From an uncultured Clostridiaceae bacterium (GTDB taxonomy: Bacteria; Bacillota; Clostridia; DUPQ01): 64,000 nt of DNA. The stretch spans positions 6,389-70,388 of the forward strand of contig CAZLVL010000007.1 in assembly GCA_964563155.1 (NCBI GenBank), given 5' to 3'. Both the position numbers and the translations under genes were made by a program. The notes beneath the pieces were generated by a model. The model was not told the DNA's origin. It worked only from the letters and a program-made list of their open reading frames with translations, and made no database searches. Positions 48,862-57,954 of the stretch are shown here, piece by piece; position 1 is the first letter of the stretch, and each line of letters begins with the position of its first letter.

Positions 48862-51843
48862 ATGACTTTTCCCCATTTATTTGCTAACAAAGAGAAACTA
48901 GATAAAATACGTGAAGATATAAAAAAATATGATTGGTATGAGAAATCCTTTTTACGCATCCAGAAAATAAGTGATGAGATGATAGAAAAGGGTTTTTTTG
49001 TACCTGATAAAAAGGGCTATGTTTTTAATGAAGCTTGTAGGGCCCATAATGTAAACCTCGTTTTTGACCCCTATGATAAGGACTCTTTTGTGTGTCCTGT
49101 ATGTAGGGTCAATTTTAAGGATGAACCCTATAGAAGGGCTTGGATAAACATTTATCATTCCTGGCTATCTCAAATGATAATCTACTTGGGAATCTCTTAT
49201 CAAATGACCTTTGATGACAAGTATGCTGATGCAGGTAGAAAGATAATATTGGGCTATGTTGAAAAGTATCCCAATTACCCCAATAGAGATAATGAGATTG
49301 GAACTACTAAATTGTCTCAATCTACCTTTGTAGAGTCCATATGGTTAACCCACCTTTGCTGTGGCTATGACCTTTTAAACCAATCTTCAGTTTTTTCTGA
49401 CCAGGATAGAAAAGAAGCTCTAGATCTATTTATCCAATCAGCTAAGACCATTTATGACTATGATGAAAGATGGAATAATAGACAGGCCTTTAACAATTCA
49501 GGGATGTGTGCAGCTGCTATCTTAAATGGAGATAGAAAGCTTTTAGACTATGTCCTAAATGGACCTCATGGTTTTGTAAAGCATATGGAAAACTCCCTAT
49601 TAGAAGATGGCCTTTGGTATGAGGGGGATAATTATCATTTTGCAACCCTACCCTCTATAGTAAACATCGCCCAAATGTGCTTGTTCAATGGTATCGATTT
49701 ATACAATAGAAGCTTTAATGGAAAGAGCATAAAAGATATGTTTTATGGCCCCCTCTTATCCTTGCAACCTGATGGAACCTTTCCATCTAGAAAGGACTCT
49801 CCCTATGCAAATTCTGCATCCAATAGGTGGTATGCAGGACTATATGAAATAGCCTATAGCAGATATCAGGATAAAGAGCTTTCTGACTTTTTAAATTTCA
49901 TATACAAGACACCTCCAGTGGATGCGAAAAAGATTACCAGTGCCGCTGGTATTATGGATGTTTTAGCCCCTGGTATTTCTTCTTTAGAATCTATGGACTG
50001 GAGAGGGTTTTTAAGTGTGGACCCTGAAAGGTCATCTGATATGGGACTACCAGTAACCGACTCAGTTAATATGAAAGGAACTGGTCTAGCGGTACTAAGA
50101 AGAGATGACTCTTATGCTAGTGTAGACTATGGCCACTATGGTGGAGGCCATGGTCATCCTGACAGACTGGCTGTTACCTGCTTTTTAAAGGGAAAAAGAT
50201 GGTTTTCCGACTATGGAACCGGCAACTACTATTTAGACCACTTAAGATATTATAGAAGTAGTCTAGGACACAACACAGTAGTACAAGATGGAAAAAGACA
50301 AGCTGTTGTTTCTGGTGAGTATGAATTCTTTTACAAGGGACAAGCATTTGATGCTACAAGAGCCTATGTAAAAGACATTTATCCTAAAACAGATGGTAGA
50401 AGGACCTTAGCCCTATTTGAGGATTCTCTTCTTTTTGATTTTGTAGAAATTGAATCTAATACTAAACATACCTATCATCAAGTCTTTCATTCTTTTGGAA
50501 AACTTAATGATGATGACTATGGAGATAGCCTATTGGAAATAGATGAAGAGGGCTATGACTTTTTAAGAAATGTTAAGAGTAAAAAGGTAGAAGCAAATAG
50601 GATAAATATTTTTACAGATAAGAATGCTAGTTTGTATATGTATTCTTCTTCTAAAGCTCCTTTTGTTCAACACTCTGCCATGGCTTATGGACCACCAAAA
50701 GAAATTCCTAAGCTCTTTCCTAAATTGATTATGGAAAAGCGGGATAAATTAGTTGTTTTTGCCAATTTATATGAGCATGTTGATAAGGATAATAAAAGAA
50801 AGGTTAAGTCTTTAGACTATATAGATGACTATAACTACAAGATTACTTTTTATAACAAAGAAGATATATACATAGATTTATCTCAAGGAATTGAGGTTAA
50901 ATACTTTAAAGATGGAAAGCTTGTAGTTGAATCCCAAAAGGTGGAAGTGCAAGAAGAGATAAATCTAGGAGTAGAATACCAAACTTGGATAGACTATAAC
51001 ACAGGTTCAGATAAGCAGTTTTGTGTAGAGGTTACCAACAGGGATTCAAATCATATCTATGCTGAAATTATGGGAAGAGACATCCTTTTATCCCCTAAGG
51101 AGTCTAAGATATTTAGATATTCAACCAATCATAGAAATATCCAGATTGATAAGGGTTATTTAAAAGCTTACTACAGTGAGACTGAAAAACCTTTTGAGAA
51201 AAAGATAATTGATGTCTTTAAGTATGATGGCTTTGGGCCCATTAACGAAGTAAGCTTGAAGGAGAATATTGTTATAGACCAAGAATCTCAAATAGCTAGG
51301 GCAGAAAGAAGATGGGAAGGCAAGTCGGATATTTCAGCAAAAGGCAGTATCTTTATGCCAAATGAAGACTCAATTGCCCTTGTATTAAAGGTAGAAGATG
51401 ACACTGTAATGTTTGATGGGGGAAAGTATAACTATGACAATGACTCTATTGAAGTCTTTTTTGACAGAAGAGATGAATTGTATAGAAATGCCAAGGATCT
51501 TAATCCTCAAACCTATGCCATGCTCTTAAAGGGCGGAAGCTCAGGTAATGTTTCCAAGGTTGTACCTATAAGTAAAAATATTGAAGATATAACTGCTATA
51601 TCATTGACCATGAACCAAAGGGAAAATGGCTATGATGTGGCCATGGTTCTACCTTTTGACTGTATTGGTGGAAAACCAGAAAAAAATGATATCTGGGGTT
51701 TTGATATAATTGTTTCTGATAGAGATAGCGGGGTAAGAAGAGAGTTTATGGCATATTTATCCCCAGCTTTAGAAGGTGAAAGGGTATATATGAGGGGAGA
51801 GGATTCCCACAGCCCTCAAAGATTTGTACTTTTAAGATTTTAA
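48862..51843 (+). CDS. heparinase II/III-like (polysaccharide lyase superfamily) protein with C-terminal beta-sandwich extension, no signal peptide
   Basis: GHGHPDRLAVTCFLKGKRWFSDYGTGNYY matches the heparinase II/III HxHxD...DxGT..Y block. N-terminal alpha/alpha toroid-like region. 993 aa. AAGGAGG RBS. Confidence 0.6.
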   Translation: MTFPHLFANKEKLDKIREDIKKYDWYEKSFLRIQKISDEMIEKGFFVPDKKGYVFNEACRAHNVNLVFDPYDKDSFVCPVCRVNFKDEPYRRAWINIYHSWLSQMIIYLGISYQMTFDDKYADAGRKIILGYVEKYPNYPNRDNEIGTTKLSQSTFVESIWLTHLCCGYDLLNQSSVFSDQDRKEALDLFIQSAKTIYDYDERWNNRQAFNNSGMCAAAILNGDRKLLDYVLNGPHGFVKHMENSLLEDGLWYEGDNYHFATLPSIVNIAQMCLFNGIDLYNRSFNGKSIKDMFYGPLLSLQPDGTFPSRKDSPYANSASNRWYAGLYEIAYSRYQDKELSDFLNFIYKTPPVDAKKITSAAGIMDVLAPGISSLESMDWRGFLSVDPERSSDMGLPVTDSVNMKGTGLAVLRRDDSYASVDYGHYGGGHGHPDRLAVTCFLKGKRWFSDYGTGNYYLDHLRYYRSSLGHNTVVQDGKRQAVVSGEYEFFYKGQAFDATRAYVKDIYPKTDGRRTLALFEDSLLFDFVEIESNTKHTYHQVFHSFGKLNDDDYGDSLLEIDEEGYDFLRNVKSKKVEANRINIFTDKNASLYMYSSSKAPFVQHSAMAYGPPKEIPKLFPKLIMEKRDKLVVFANLYEHVDKDNKRKVKSLDYIDDYNYKITFYNKEDIYIDLSQGIEVKYFKDGKLVVESQKVEVQEEINLGVEYQTWIDYNTGSDKQFCVEVTNRDSNHIYAEIMGRDILLSPKESKIFRYSTNHRNIQIDKGYLKAYYSETEKPFEKKIIDVFKYDGFGPINEVSLKENIVIDQESQIARAERRWEGKSDISAKGSIFMPNEDSIALVLKVEDDTVMFDGGKYNYDNDSIEVFFDRRDELYRNAKDLNPQTYAMLLKGGSSGNVSKVVPISKNIEDITAISLTMNQRENGYDVAMVLPFDCIGGKPEKNDIWGFDIIVSDRDSGVRREFMAYLSPALEGERVYMRGEDSHSPQRFVLLRF

Positions 51844-51853
51844 GGAGACCAAG

Positions 51854-53071
51854 ATGAAATTAATAGACAAGAAGGATAAGTATCTAGACCACAAAAACTA
51901 CTATGTGTTAGGACCATCAGTAGTCTATTGTCCCAATAGTGATGACATGCTTTTAAATGCTGACCTTTTTGACAACTCTGATAGCAACACAGGTTCCATG
52001 CTTTGGAGATCTTTAGATAAGGGTCTTACCTGGCAAGAAGAGGACTTAATTGAAAAATCCCATGTCTATGATTTTAAAAACTCCAAGGTTAAAAACGGCT
52101 ATGGTGCCCTTTATACTGATCATAAGGCTAAAGTTATTATGTATTTTGCCAATGAAACCTACTGGGTGGAAAACAAACTGGATTCAGTTTGGTTTATGAG
52201 AAAACTCTATTACAGACTTTCTTTTGACCAAGGTCATACTTGGACTGATAAAAAATATGTGATTCAAAAGGGTGATAAATATAATTCTATAGACTTTTTA
52301 AGAGATGGCTCCTTTGGTAAAAACATGGTAGCCAGTGTCAGCCCATATATTGTAAGGACCCTTGATGATAGTCTTTTAATAAGTGTACAAGTTCAAATGT
52401 TAAATGAAGATGGTAGCCTATATAATCCTACCACCATGGGCTATATGAAGGCAGGTGCCCTTAGAGCCAGCTGGAATAAGGATAAATTGGAGTATGACTT
52501 TGAGATAGACTCCTATGTTACAGTAGATCCCAAGTTTTCCACTAGAGGCCTTTATGAGCCAGCCTTTGGCTACATAGATAATAATAACCTAATCATGCTT
52601 ATGAGAAACAGTAACTATACTAAAGATAAAGATATCTTAGGAGTAAAGTATTTTAGTATTTCTAAAGACCAAGGGAAAAATTGGACTAAGCCTGAGATGC
52701 TTAAGTATGATGATGACAAACTAGTTTATTCCTCTTCTTGTATTCCTAAACTTTTAAATCACTCCAATGGTAACCTATACTTTATTGGTGTAATAAATGA
52801 AGATAATCCTAAGGGTAATCTTCCCAGATACCCCCTAGTCATTGCCCAAGTAGATAAAAAGACTTGTAGAATAATAAAAGATAAGATGCTTGTTATTGAT
52901 GACAAAAGAGAAAACCACATAATAAAAGAAGGTATAAAAAATGTGGTTGACTATTCAAATCATGGAATTTATGAGGATAAGTTTACTAAAAGAATTATTG
53001 TCTTAGCCCCCTATAGAGAGGACCTTTCTAATTACAAGTCCTACCTTAATAGGTATGAAATAGAGGTGTGA
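51854..53071 (+). CDS. BNR/Asp-box repeat glycosidase-like protein (sialidase-like fold), no signal peptide
   Basis: Three Asp-box motifs: SLDKGLTW, SFDQGHTW, SKDQGKNW. Confidence 0.6.
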   Translation: MKLIDKKDKYLDHKNYYVLGPSVVYCPNSDDMLLNADLFDNSDSNTGSMLWRSLDKGLTWQEEDLIEKSHVYDFKNSKVKNGYGALYTDHKAKVIMYFANETYWVENKLDSVWFMRKLYYRLSFDQGHTWTDKKYVIQKGDKYNSIDFLRDGSFGKNMVASVSPYIVRTLDDSLLISVQVQMLNEDGSLYNPTTMGYMKAGALRASWNKDKLEYDFEIDSYVTVDPKFSTRGLYEPAFGYIDNNNLIMLMRNSNYTKDKDILGVKYFSISKDQGKNWTKPEMLKYDDDKLVYSSSCIPKLLNHSNGNLYFIGVINEDNPKGNLPRYPLVIAQVDKKTCRIIKDKMLVIDDKRENHIIKEGIKNVVDYSNHGIYEDKFTKRIIVLAPYREDLSNYKSYLNRYEIEV

Positions 53072-53122
53072 AAGAAGAAAATTAAAAGAATCTAAAAGAA
53101 TCTAAAATAACCTAAAATATAA

Positions 53123-53162
53123 CCCCCATAACTTGAATTAAATCAAACTTTTGGGGGTTTTA
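53123..53162. terminator. hairpin terminator between convergent genes
   Basis: CCCCCA and TGGGGG flank a 21-nt loop, followed by TTTTATT. Confidence 0.45.
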
Positions 53163-53210
53163 TTGTGATAAAAAATTTCTTAGACTAAAAGGTTATAAAT
53201 CTGAAATTTG

Positions 53211-56072
53211 TTAGTCTTCCAACTCAATCAAAAGACTCACAGTATTATATGCTTCAACTTCTAGGCTAAAGGTTTTTTCTTTAATGGTTATAGGGCTGGT
53301 ATATGAAGGATAAGCATCTTTTTCATCTGGCTTAACCATTTTAATAGACTTAATATCCTTAGTAAATTTAGCCTCAAACCTACTTCTGTTGCCATTACTT
53401 TCATAAAGTCTTAAGATTAAAGCCTTGTCATTATCCTCAGCTAGTTTTAAGGCTGAAATCACACAGCTTGTGTCTTGGTTAATCTCTACTAAGCTTTGAG
53501 TTAGGGGAAGGTGTCCTTTTTCTGGTCTTACAGAAATCGTGCTTAAAGGATGTGATATGGTGCTAGCTTCATCTATTAGTTTTTTGTTGTTATTTTGGTC
53601 AGCTGTTAAACTTAAAGCAAATTTCACCTTATGCATATGAATTTCAGGATGAGGATCTGGCTCATAGGTGCCTCTAATAAGGGTGAGGGCAATAGAGTTC
53701 TTATAGGTTCTGTAGCCATACTTTGAATCACTGTAAAGCATTAGAGATTTTTCATTTAAGTTATCATTGTTAGCTAAAACAAAGCCGGTTGAGGGCCTAT
53801 CATCATTGGCCTCTTCTCTTTCTAAAACACCTAGGGGAACCTGATATTTATATGTCTTTGTAGAGTAGTTAAAAGGAAGGATAAAGTTAAGTTGGGGTAC
53901 TCTATCTCCTCTTATACCAAACTCCTTCCAATCACAAACTAGGTCATAGACTAAAGAATTTGAGTGTTTGTCTAAATATATAGTTACCTTTATTTGGGAG
54001 TTTCTAAAATCACAGGTATAGGTTAAACTTTGCCTGATTAAATTGGGTCCAGCCTCGTAGTCAACAAGTTTAGCATTTTTACTTAAATTCTCAATATTTA
54101 TATACTTACTTACAATCCAAGAGGTCCTTCTTCTAATGGTAGCCTCTTCAATTAATCTAAAGGTTCCAGGTCCAGCTTCCTTTGAGATAAAGTCCTTGTT
54201 GGTCTTTTTATCTACAAGAGACTCTAAAGAAAAGTCTACTGGTGAAAAACTAGCTTTTATGCTCTTGTTTTCTAGAACAAAGCTAGCAGGTATGGACATT
54301 CTTTCAAAGACATAGTTTTCATACTCAATAACCTGGTCTCTTACAGATTTTAAGATATATGTACTATAGCCCATGGCAGGTACATCCACATCAAAAAGTA
54401 TCTTGTAATGGAATTGTACATCCCAGCCTTGGTAAGGCTCTTTAGTTACTAACTGATGAGATATTTCTTTCATTGTATGGTCATAGACCTTTATGGATTT
54501 CAAGTCATATTCCCAGTTCCATAGCTCAATCTCACAAACTTCTTTTCTATCAAAAAAGCTGGGATTAAAGACAGTAAAGATTCTGGTGGGACCTCTTCCT
54601 CTACAAATTTGGCTAACCTTAAAGTCCATTACTCCAGAGCCTGTACCAGCTCCCTCTGATGTGGTTAAGGCCTCTTCATCTTTTGCCAATACATAGTCTT
54701 TTAGGTCTAGGTTGGCAGCAATCTTATTCATAGCCATATTTCTATATACATTTCCTGCAGCAAAGGCTGTATGGTATTCTCCTAAAGCATGCTCTATGGT
54801 TTCAGAGCTACCTGTTCCAGGTAGGATATCATGGAATTGATTAAAGAGAACTCTTTGCCAGGCATCTTCAAATATGTGGTAAGGGTAGACCATGTAATTG
54901 TCTATAGAGGCTAAAGAGCTTAAGGCTTCTGCTTCATATAATAGGGATTCTGAGAACTTATTGCCTTTTTTAATCTTAGATTGACTGGTATAGCAACCAG
55001 TAAAGATAAAGTTTAGTTCGTGGTCCACTGTAGGTAGGGTAGATGAGATTTTTTCTAATGTTGCAAAAAACTCCCTATAGGAAGAAAACTTAATGTTAGG
55101 CCATAGGGGCCAGGTTTGCATGTCTAAAAGTCTTTCTATATCTCTTCTGGAAGGTCCACCTCCGTGGTCTCCCACACCATAGACATAAAGCATAGAATCT
55201 GTCTTTACCTTGTGGGTAAAAGCAGGGATTTTTAGTGCAGGTTCTGTGGTAACCCTAGAATTATAGTAGGAGGCATCGTTGTAAACAAGTATGCTTTTTC
55301 CAGATGGAGCCATCCATTTATATGCCATATGTTGGGTAAAACCCCTGGTATGATAATAGTATTTAACTCCAGTTTGGCTTAATATTTCAGGAACAAAGCC
55401 AGAGTGGCCAAAGGTGTCTGGTTCATAGTCCATATCAAAAAAGTCATAGTCTAAATCAAAAAGTTCTGAAAGATATTTTTTTGCATATAGTAGTTGTCTA
55501 ACATGGCTTTCTGAGCCTGCCAAGTTTTTATCTCCTTCTACCCAAGTAGTAGCTGTTACTTCCCATCTGCCTTCTTTTACATACTTTTTAATCTCTTCTA
55601 GCATTTTGGGGTCATACTTTTCTACCATCTGGTATACAGAGGCTTGAGATTGAGAAAACCTGAACTCTGGATACTCCTTTAAAAGGTTTAGCATAGTCTT
55701 AAAGGTATCTAAAACAACCATAACTGTTTCATCATACCTCCATTGCCAGTTCATATCTATATGGGCATGAGCAATACACATAAGAGTATATTTTTTCAGT
55801 TCACCCCTTATAGATTCCAGGCTCTTTTCACATTCTAAAGCAACATCTTTACTTATCATTCCTTCTTCTTTTTGTTTGTCTAGTAAGAAGTCTATTGCCT
55901 TATCCAAAATATCCTTTATTCCTACCTGGTGGTAGTATTCTATGCCATAAGCAAATTCTACTTGAGAGACAATTCTGTCTGTCCAGTATCCCTTTTCTTT
56001 TAAGGCTGTAAGGTCTTTTAATTTAGAAAAATTCATTTCCTTTTTTGCCCTCCATAAATTTTTTTCATGCAA
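53211..56072 (-). CDS. alpha-mannosidase (GH38), cytoplasmic
   Basis: YEPDTFGHSGFVPEILSQTGVKYY matches the GH38 catalytic nucleophile region. ~950 aa. Alternative start at 56036. Confidence 0.85.
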   Translation of the reverse strand: MHEKNLWRAKKEMNFSKLKDLTALKEKGYWTDRIVSQVEFAYGIEYYHQVGIKDILDKAIDFLLDKQKEEGMISKDVALECEKSLESIRGELKKYTLMCIAHAHIDMNWQWRYDETVMVVLDTFKTMLNLLKEYPEFRFSQSQASVYQMVEKYDPKMLEEIKKYVKEGRWEVTATTWVEGDKNLAGSESHVRQLLYAKKYLSELFDLDYDFFDMDYEPDTFGHSGFVPEILSQTGVKYYYHTRGFTQHMAYKWMAPSGKSILVYNDASYYNSRVTTEPALKIPAFTHKVKTDSMLYVYGVGDHGGGPSRRDIERLLDMQTWPLWPNIKFSSYREFFATLEKISSTLPTVDHELNFIFTGCYTSQSKIKKGNKFSESLLYEAEALSSLASIDNYMVYPYHIFEDAWQRVLFNQFHDILPGTGSSETIEHALGEYHTAFAAGNVYRNMAMNKIAANLDLKDYVLAKDEEALTTSEGAGTGSGVMDFKVSQICRGRGPTRIFTVFNPSFFDRKEVCEIELWNWEYDLKSIKVYDHTMKEISHQLVTKEPYQGWDVQFHYKILFDVDVPAMGYSTYILKSVRDQVIEYENYVFERMSIPASFVLENKSIKASFSPVDFSLESLVDKKTNKDFISKEAGPGTFRLIEEATIRRRTSWIVSKYINIENLSKNAKLVDYEAGPNLIRQSLTYTCDFRNSQIKVTIYLDKHSNSLVYDLVCDWKEFGIRGDRVPQLNFILPFNYSTKTYKYQVPLGVLEREEANDDRPSTGFVLANNDNLNEKSLMLYSDSKYGYRTYKNSIALTLIRGTYEPDPHPEIHMHKVKFALSLTADQNNNKKLIDEASTISHPLSTISVRPEKGHLPLTQSLVEINQDTSCVISALKLAEDNDKALILRLYESNGNRSRFEAKFTKDIKSIKMVKPDEKDAYPSYTSPITIKEKTFSLEVEAYNTVSLLIELED

Positions 56073-56164
56073 GTATAATTATATAGTAATCCTAAGATGG
56101 TCTCAAGAAGAATGGTAAGGAAAGTTCTTGGAAAAAGAATGAGAAAAAAGAAGATATGAATAAT

Positions 56165-56190
56165 GAAAAAGGTCCATATAGGACCTTTTT
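56165..56190. terminator. bidirectional rho-independent terminator
   Basis: A5-GGTCC-ATATA-GGACC-T6, immediately after the HTH-ARH stop. Confidence 0.65.
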
Positions 56191-56253
56191 TATAAATACA
56201 ACTCAAATCTTCATTATCAAACTATATTAATATTTTGTATATATATACCACTA

Positions 56254-57861
56254 CTACAACTTATTCTTGTAATGCTCTGAATAGAGGTTAATGTGCTCCA
56301 TGGTCTTGTCCACTAGGTAATCAACACTAACAGTACCCATGCCAAAAATGGAGGTATCTAATTTATTGTTTATGGGTTTTTGCCATTCTTCTGATATGGC
56401 CCTTATTCCTTTTTGCATACCGATTATGGAGCCCACAGTAGCACCATTACAGTCTGTATCAAAACCAGCTTGGACAGACATGCATATGGACTTGGCAAAA
56501 TCACCCTTACCATAAAGTAATGAGGCTACAACTATTAAGGTGTTAGATATGGCATGACACCAGTGGTGTTGAAGAAATTCATCATATTTTTTATGTATTC
56601 GAATAAAACAATCATCTTGACTCATATTATTATCAAAGTTATTAATTATCTCCATAACTTCTTTGTATGTCCTACTAGTTGTGGGTATATGGTTAAGACC
56701 ATAGAGAATAGCATCTTTAATATCTTTGTAATATGGGGCCACACTAATAATTGCACTTATGAGCATGGAGGTATAGATACCATTTTTAACATGGGAAAGA
56801 CTGGCATCTTTCCAGGCCATAAGGGCTGCTTTTTTAGGGTCACCTGGATTTATGTAGCCATAATAGTCTATTCTAATTTGGGCTCCAATCCATTCTCTAA
56901 AGGGGTTTTTGTATTGAGCTGTTTGTGGGGGTAAAAAGCCTTTAATAATGTTTAAATATGCCACTCTTTCAGCTGTACAATAGGCGCTCTTAGGTTGAAG
57001 GTCCAACCAAGATTTGGCCACATTTTCTCCAGAAAATTCATCCCCATACTTATCTAAGATAACAGAGGAAAGCACTGTATAGTTGGTGTCATCATCAGAG
57101 GGTGCATTTTTTATAGCATCAGCAAAGGCCCTGTTTCTTAAATTAAAAGAGTACTTGTCATAAATCTCTTCTGTCATATCTGCCTTTTCTATGTATCTAT
57201 GCATAGGAAAGTTGTTGGTTTCTTTTAAAAGGGGAATTAGTTCATCTGTTCTAATGCCTTCTACTGGTTTTCCTAAAAGACAGCCTGCAATCCTTCCCAT
57301 CCATGCTCCTTCTATAGATTCTTGAAGTGATTTTGGAGAAAGAATTTTAAAGGGTATTTCCTTATCGGGTTTACTCAAACTATATATGGCTTCTAAGTTG
57401 TCTGGTTCATTAAAAGGATAGTTTTCAACTTGAGGACAGTTGCCTATCATTTCAAAAACAGTGTCAGCAAGTTTTTCCTTGTAATTGCTGGTTTCTAGCA
57501 TATGAATGCTTTCCATAAGCTGCTTTAATTTTGTTACATCAATACCTTGGTCTATACACTGAACATACTCTACCATTAATTGAGAAGAATAGAGCTCCCA
57601 CCAGTGTAGGGCTGTGTATTGAGGTTGAGGTTGTTTTTTAAGTCTAAATTCTGTTTTAGTATCGTTGTTGTCCAAACCTAAAAGATAATCAGCAGATACA
57701 TTAAAGATTCTACATATTTTTAGAAGGTTATCGCTATCAGGTGAGGTAACACTGGTTTCCCATTTTTGTACCGATTGTCTGCTAACTCCTAAAAGTTCTG
57801 AAAAGGCTTCTTGAGTAAGATTTTGTTGCTTTCTTAACTCATAAATTCTGTTTTTATTCAT
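56254..57861 (-). CDS. fusion protein: N-terminal XRE-family HTH DNA-binding domain + C-terminal ADP-ribosylglycohydrolase (DraG/ARH-fold) domain
   Basis: GGAGGT RBS 8 nt before ATG (MNKNRIYELRKQQNLTQEAFSELLGVSRQSVQKWE is an HTH_3). ARH signatures: Gly-rich GAWMGRIAGCLLG, mid-domain SDDDTNYTVLSS and C-terminal AGFDTDCNGATVGSIIG. Confidence 0.8.
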   Translation of the reverse strand: MNKNRIYELRKQQNLTQEAFSELLGVSRQSVQKWETSVTSPDSDNLLKICRIFNVSADYLLGLDNNDTKTEFRLKKQPQPQYTALHWWELYSSQLMVEYVQCIDQGIDVTKLKQLMESIHMLETSNYKEKLADTVFEMIGNCPQVENYPFNEPDNLEAIYSLSKPDKEIPFKILSPKSLQESIEGAWMGRIAGCLLGKPVEGIRTDELIPLLKETNNFPMHRYIEKADMTEEIYDKYSFNLRNRAFADAIKNAPSDDDTNYTVLSSVILDKYGDEFSGENVAKSWLDLQPKSAYCTAERVAYLNIIKGFLPPQTAQYKNPFREWIGAQIRIDYYGYINPGDPKKAALMAWKDASLSHVKNGIYTSMLISAIISVAPYYKDIKDAILYGLNHIPTTSRTYKEVMEIINNFDNNMSQDDCFIRIHKKYDEFLQHHWCHAISNTLIVVASLLYGKGDFAKSICMSVQAGFDTDCNGATVGSIIGMQKGIRAISEEWQKPINNKLDTSIFGMGTVSVDYLVDKTMEHINLYSEHYKNKL

Positions 57862-57954
57862 AAGGTCTACCTCCATAAGCATATAATATACCTTGCAATC
57901 TAAGCTTACAAGAAGATAAGGTTGCTAAATATGCAACTTAGAGTTGCAAAAGCC

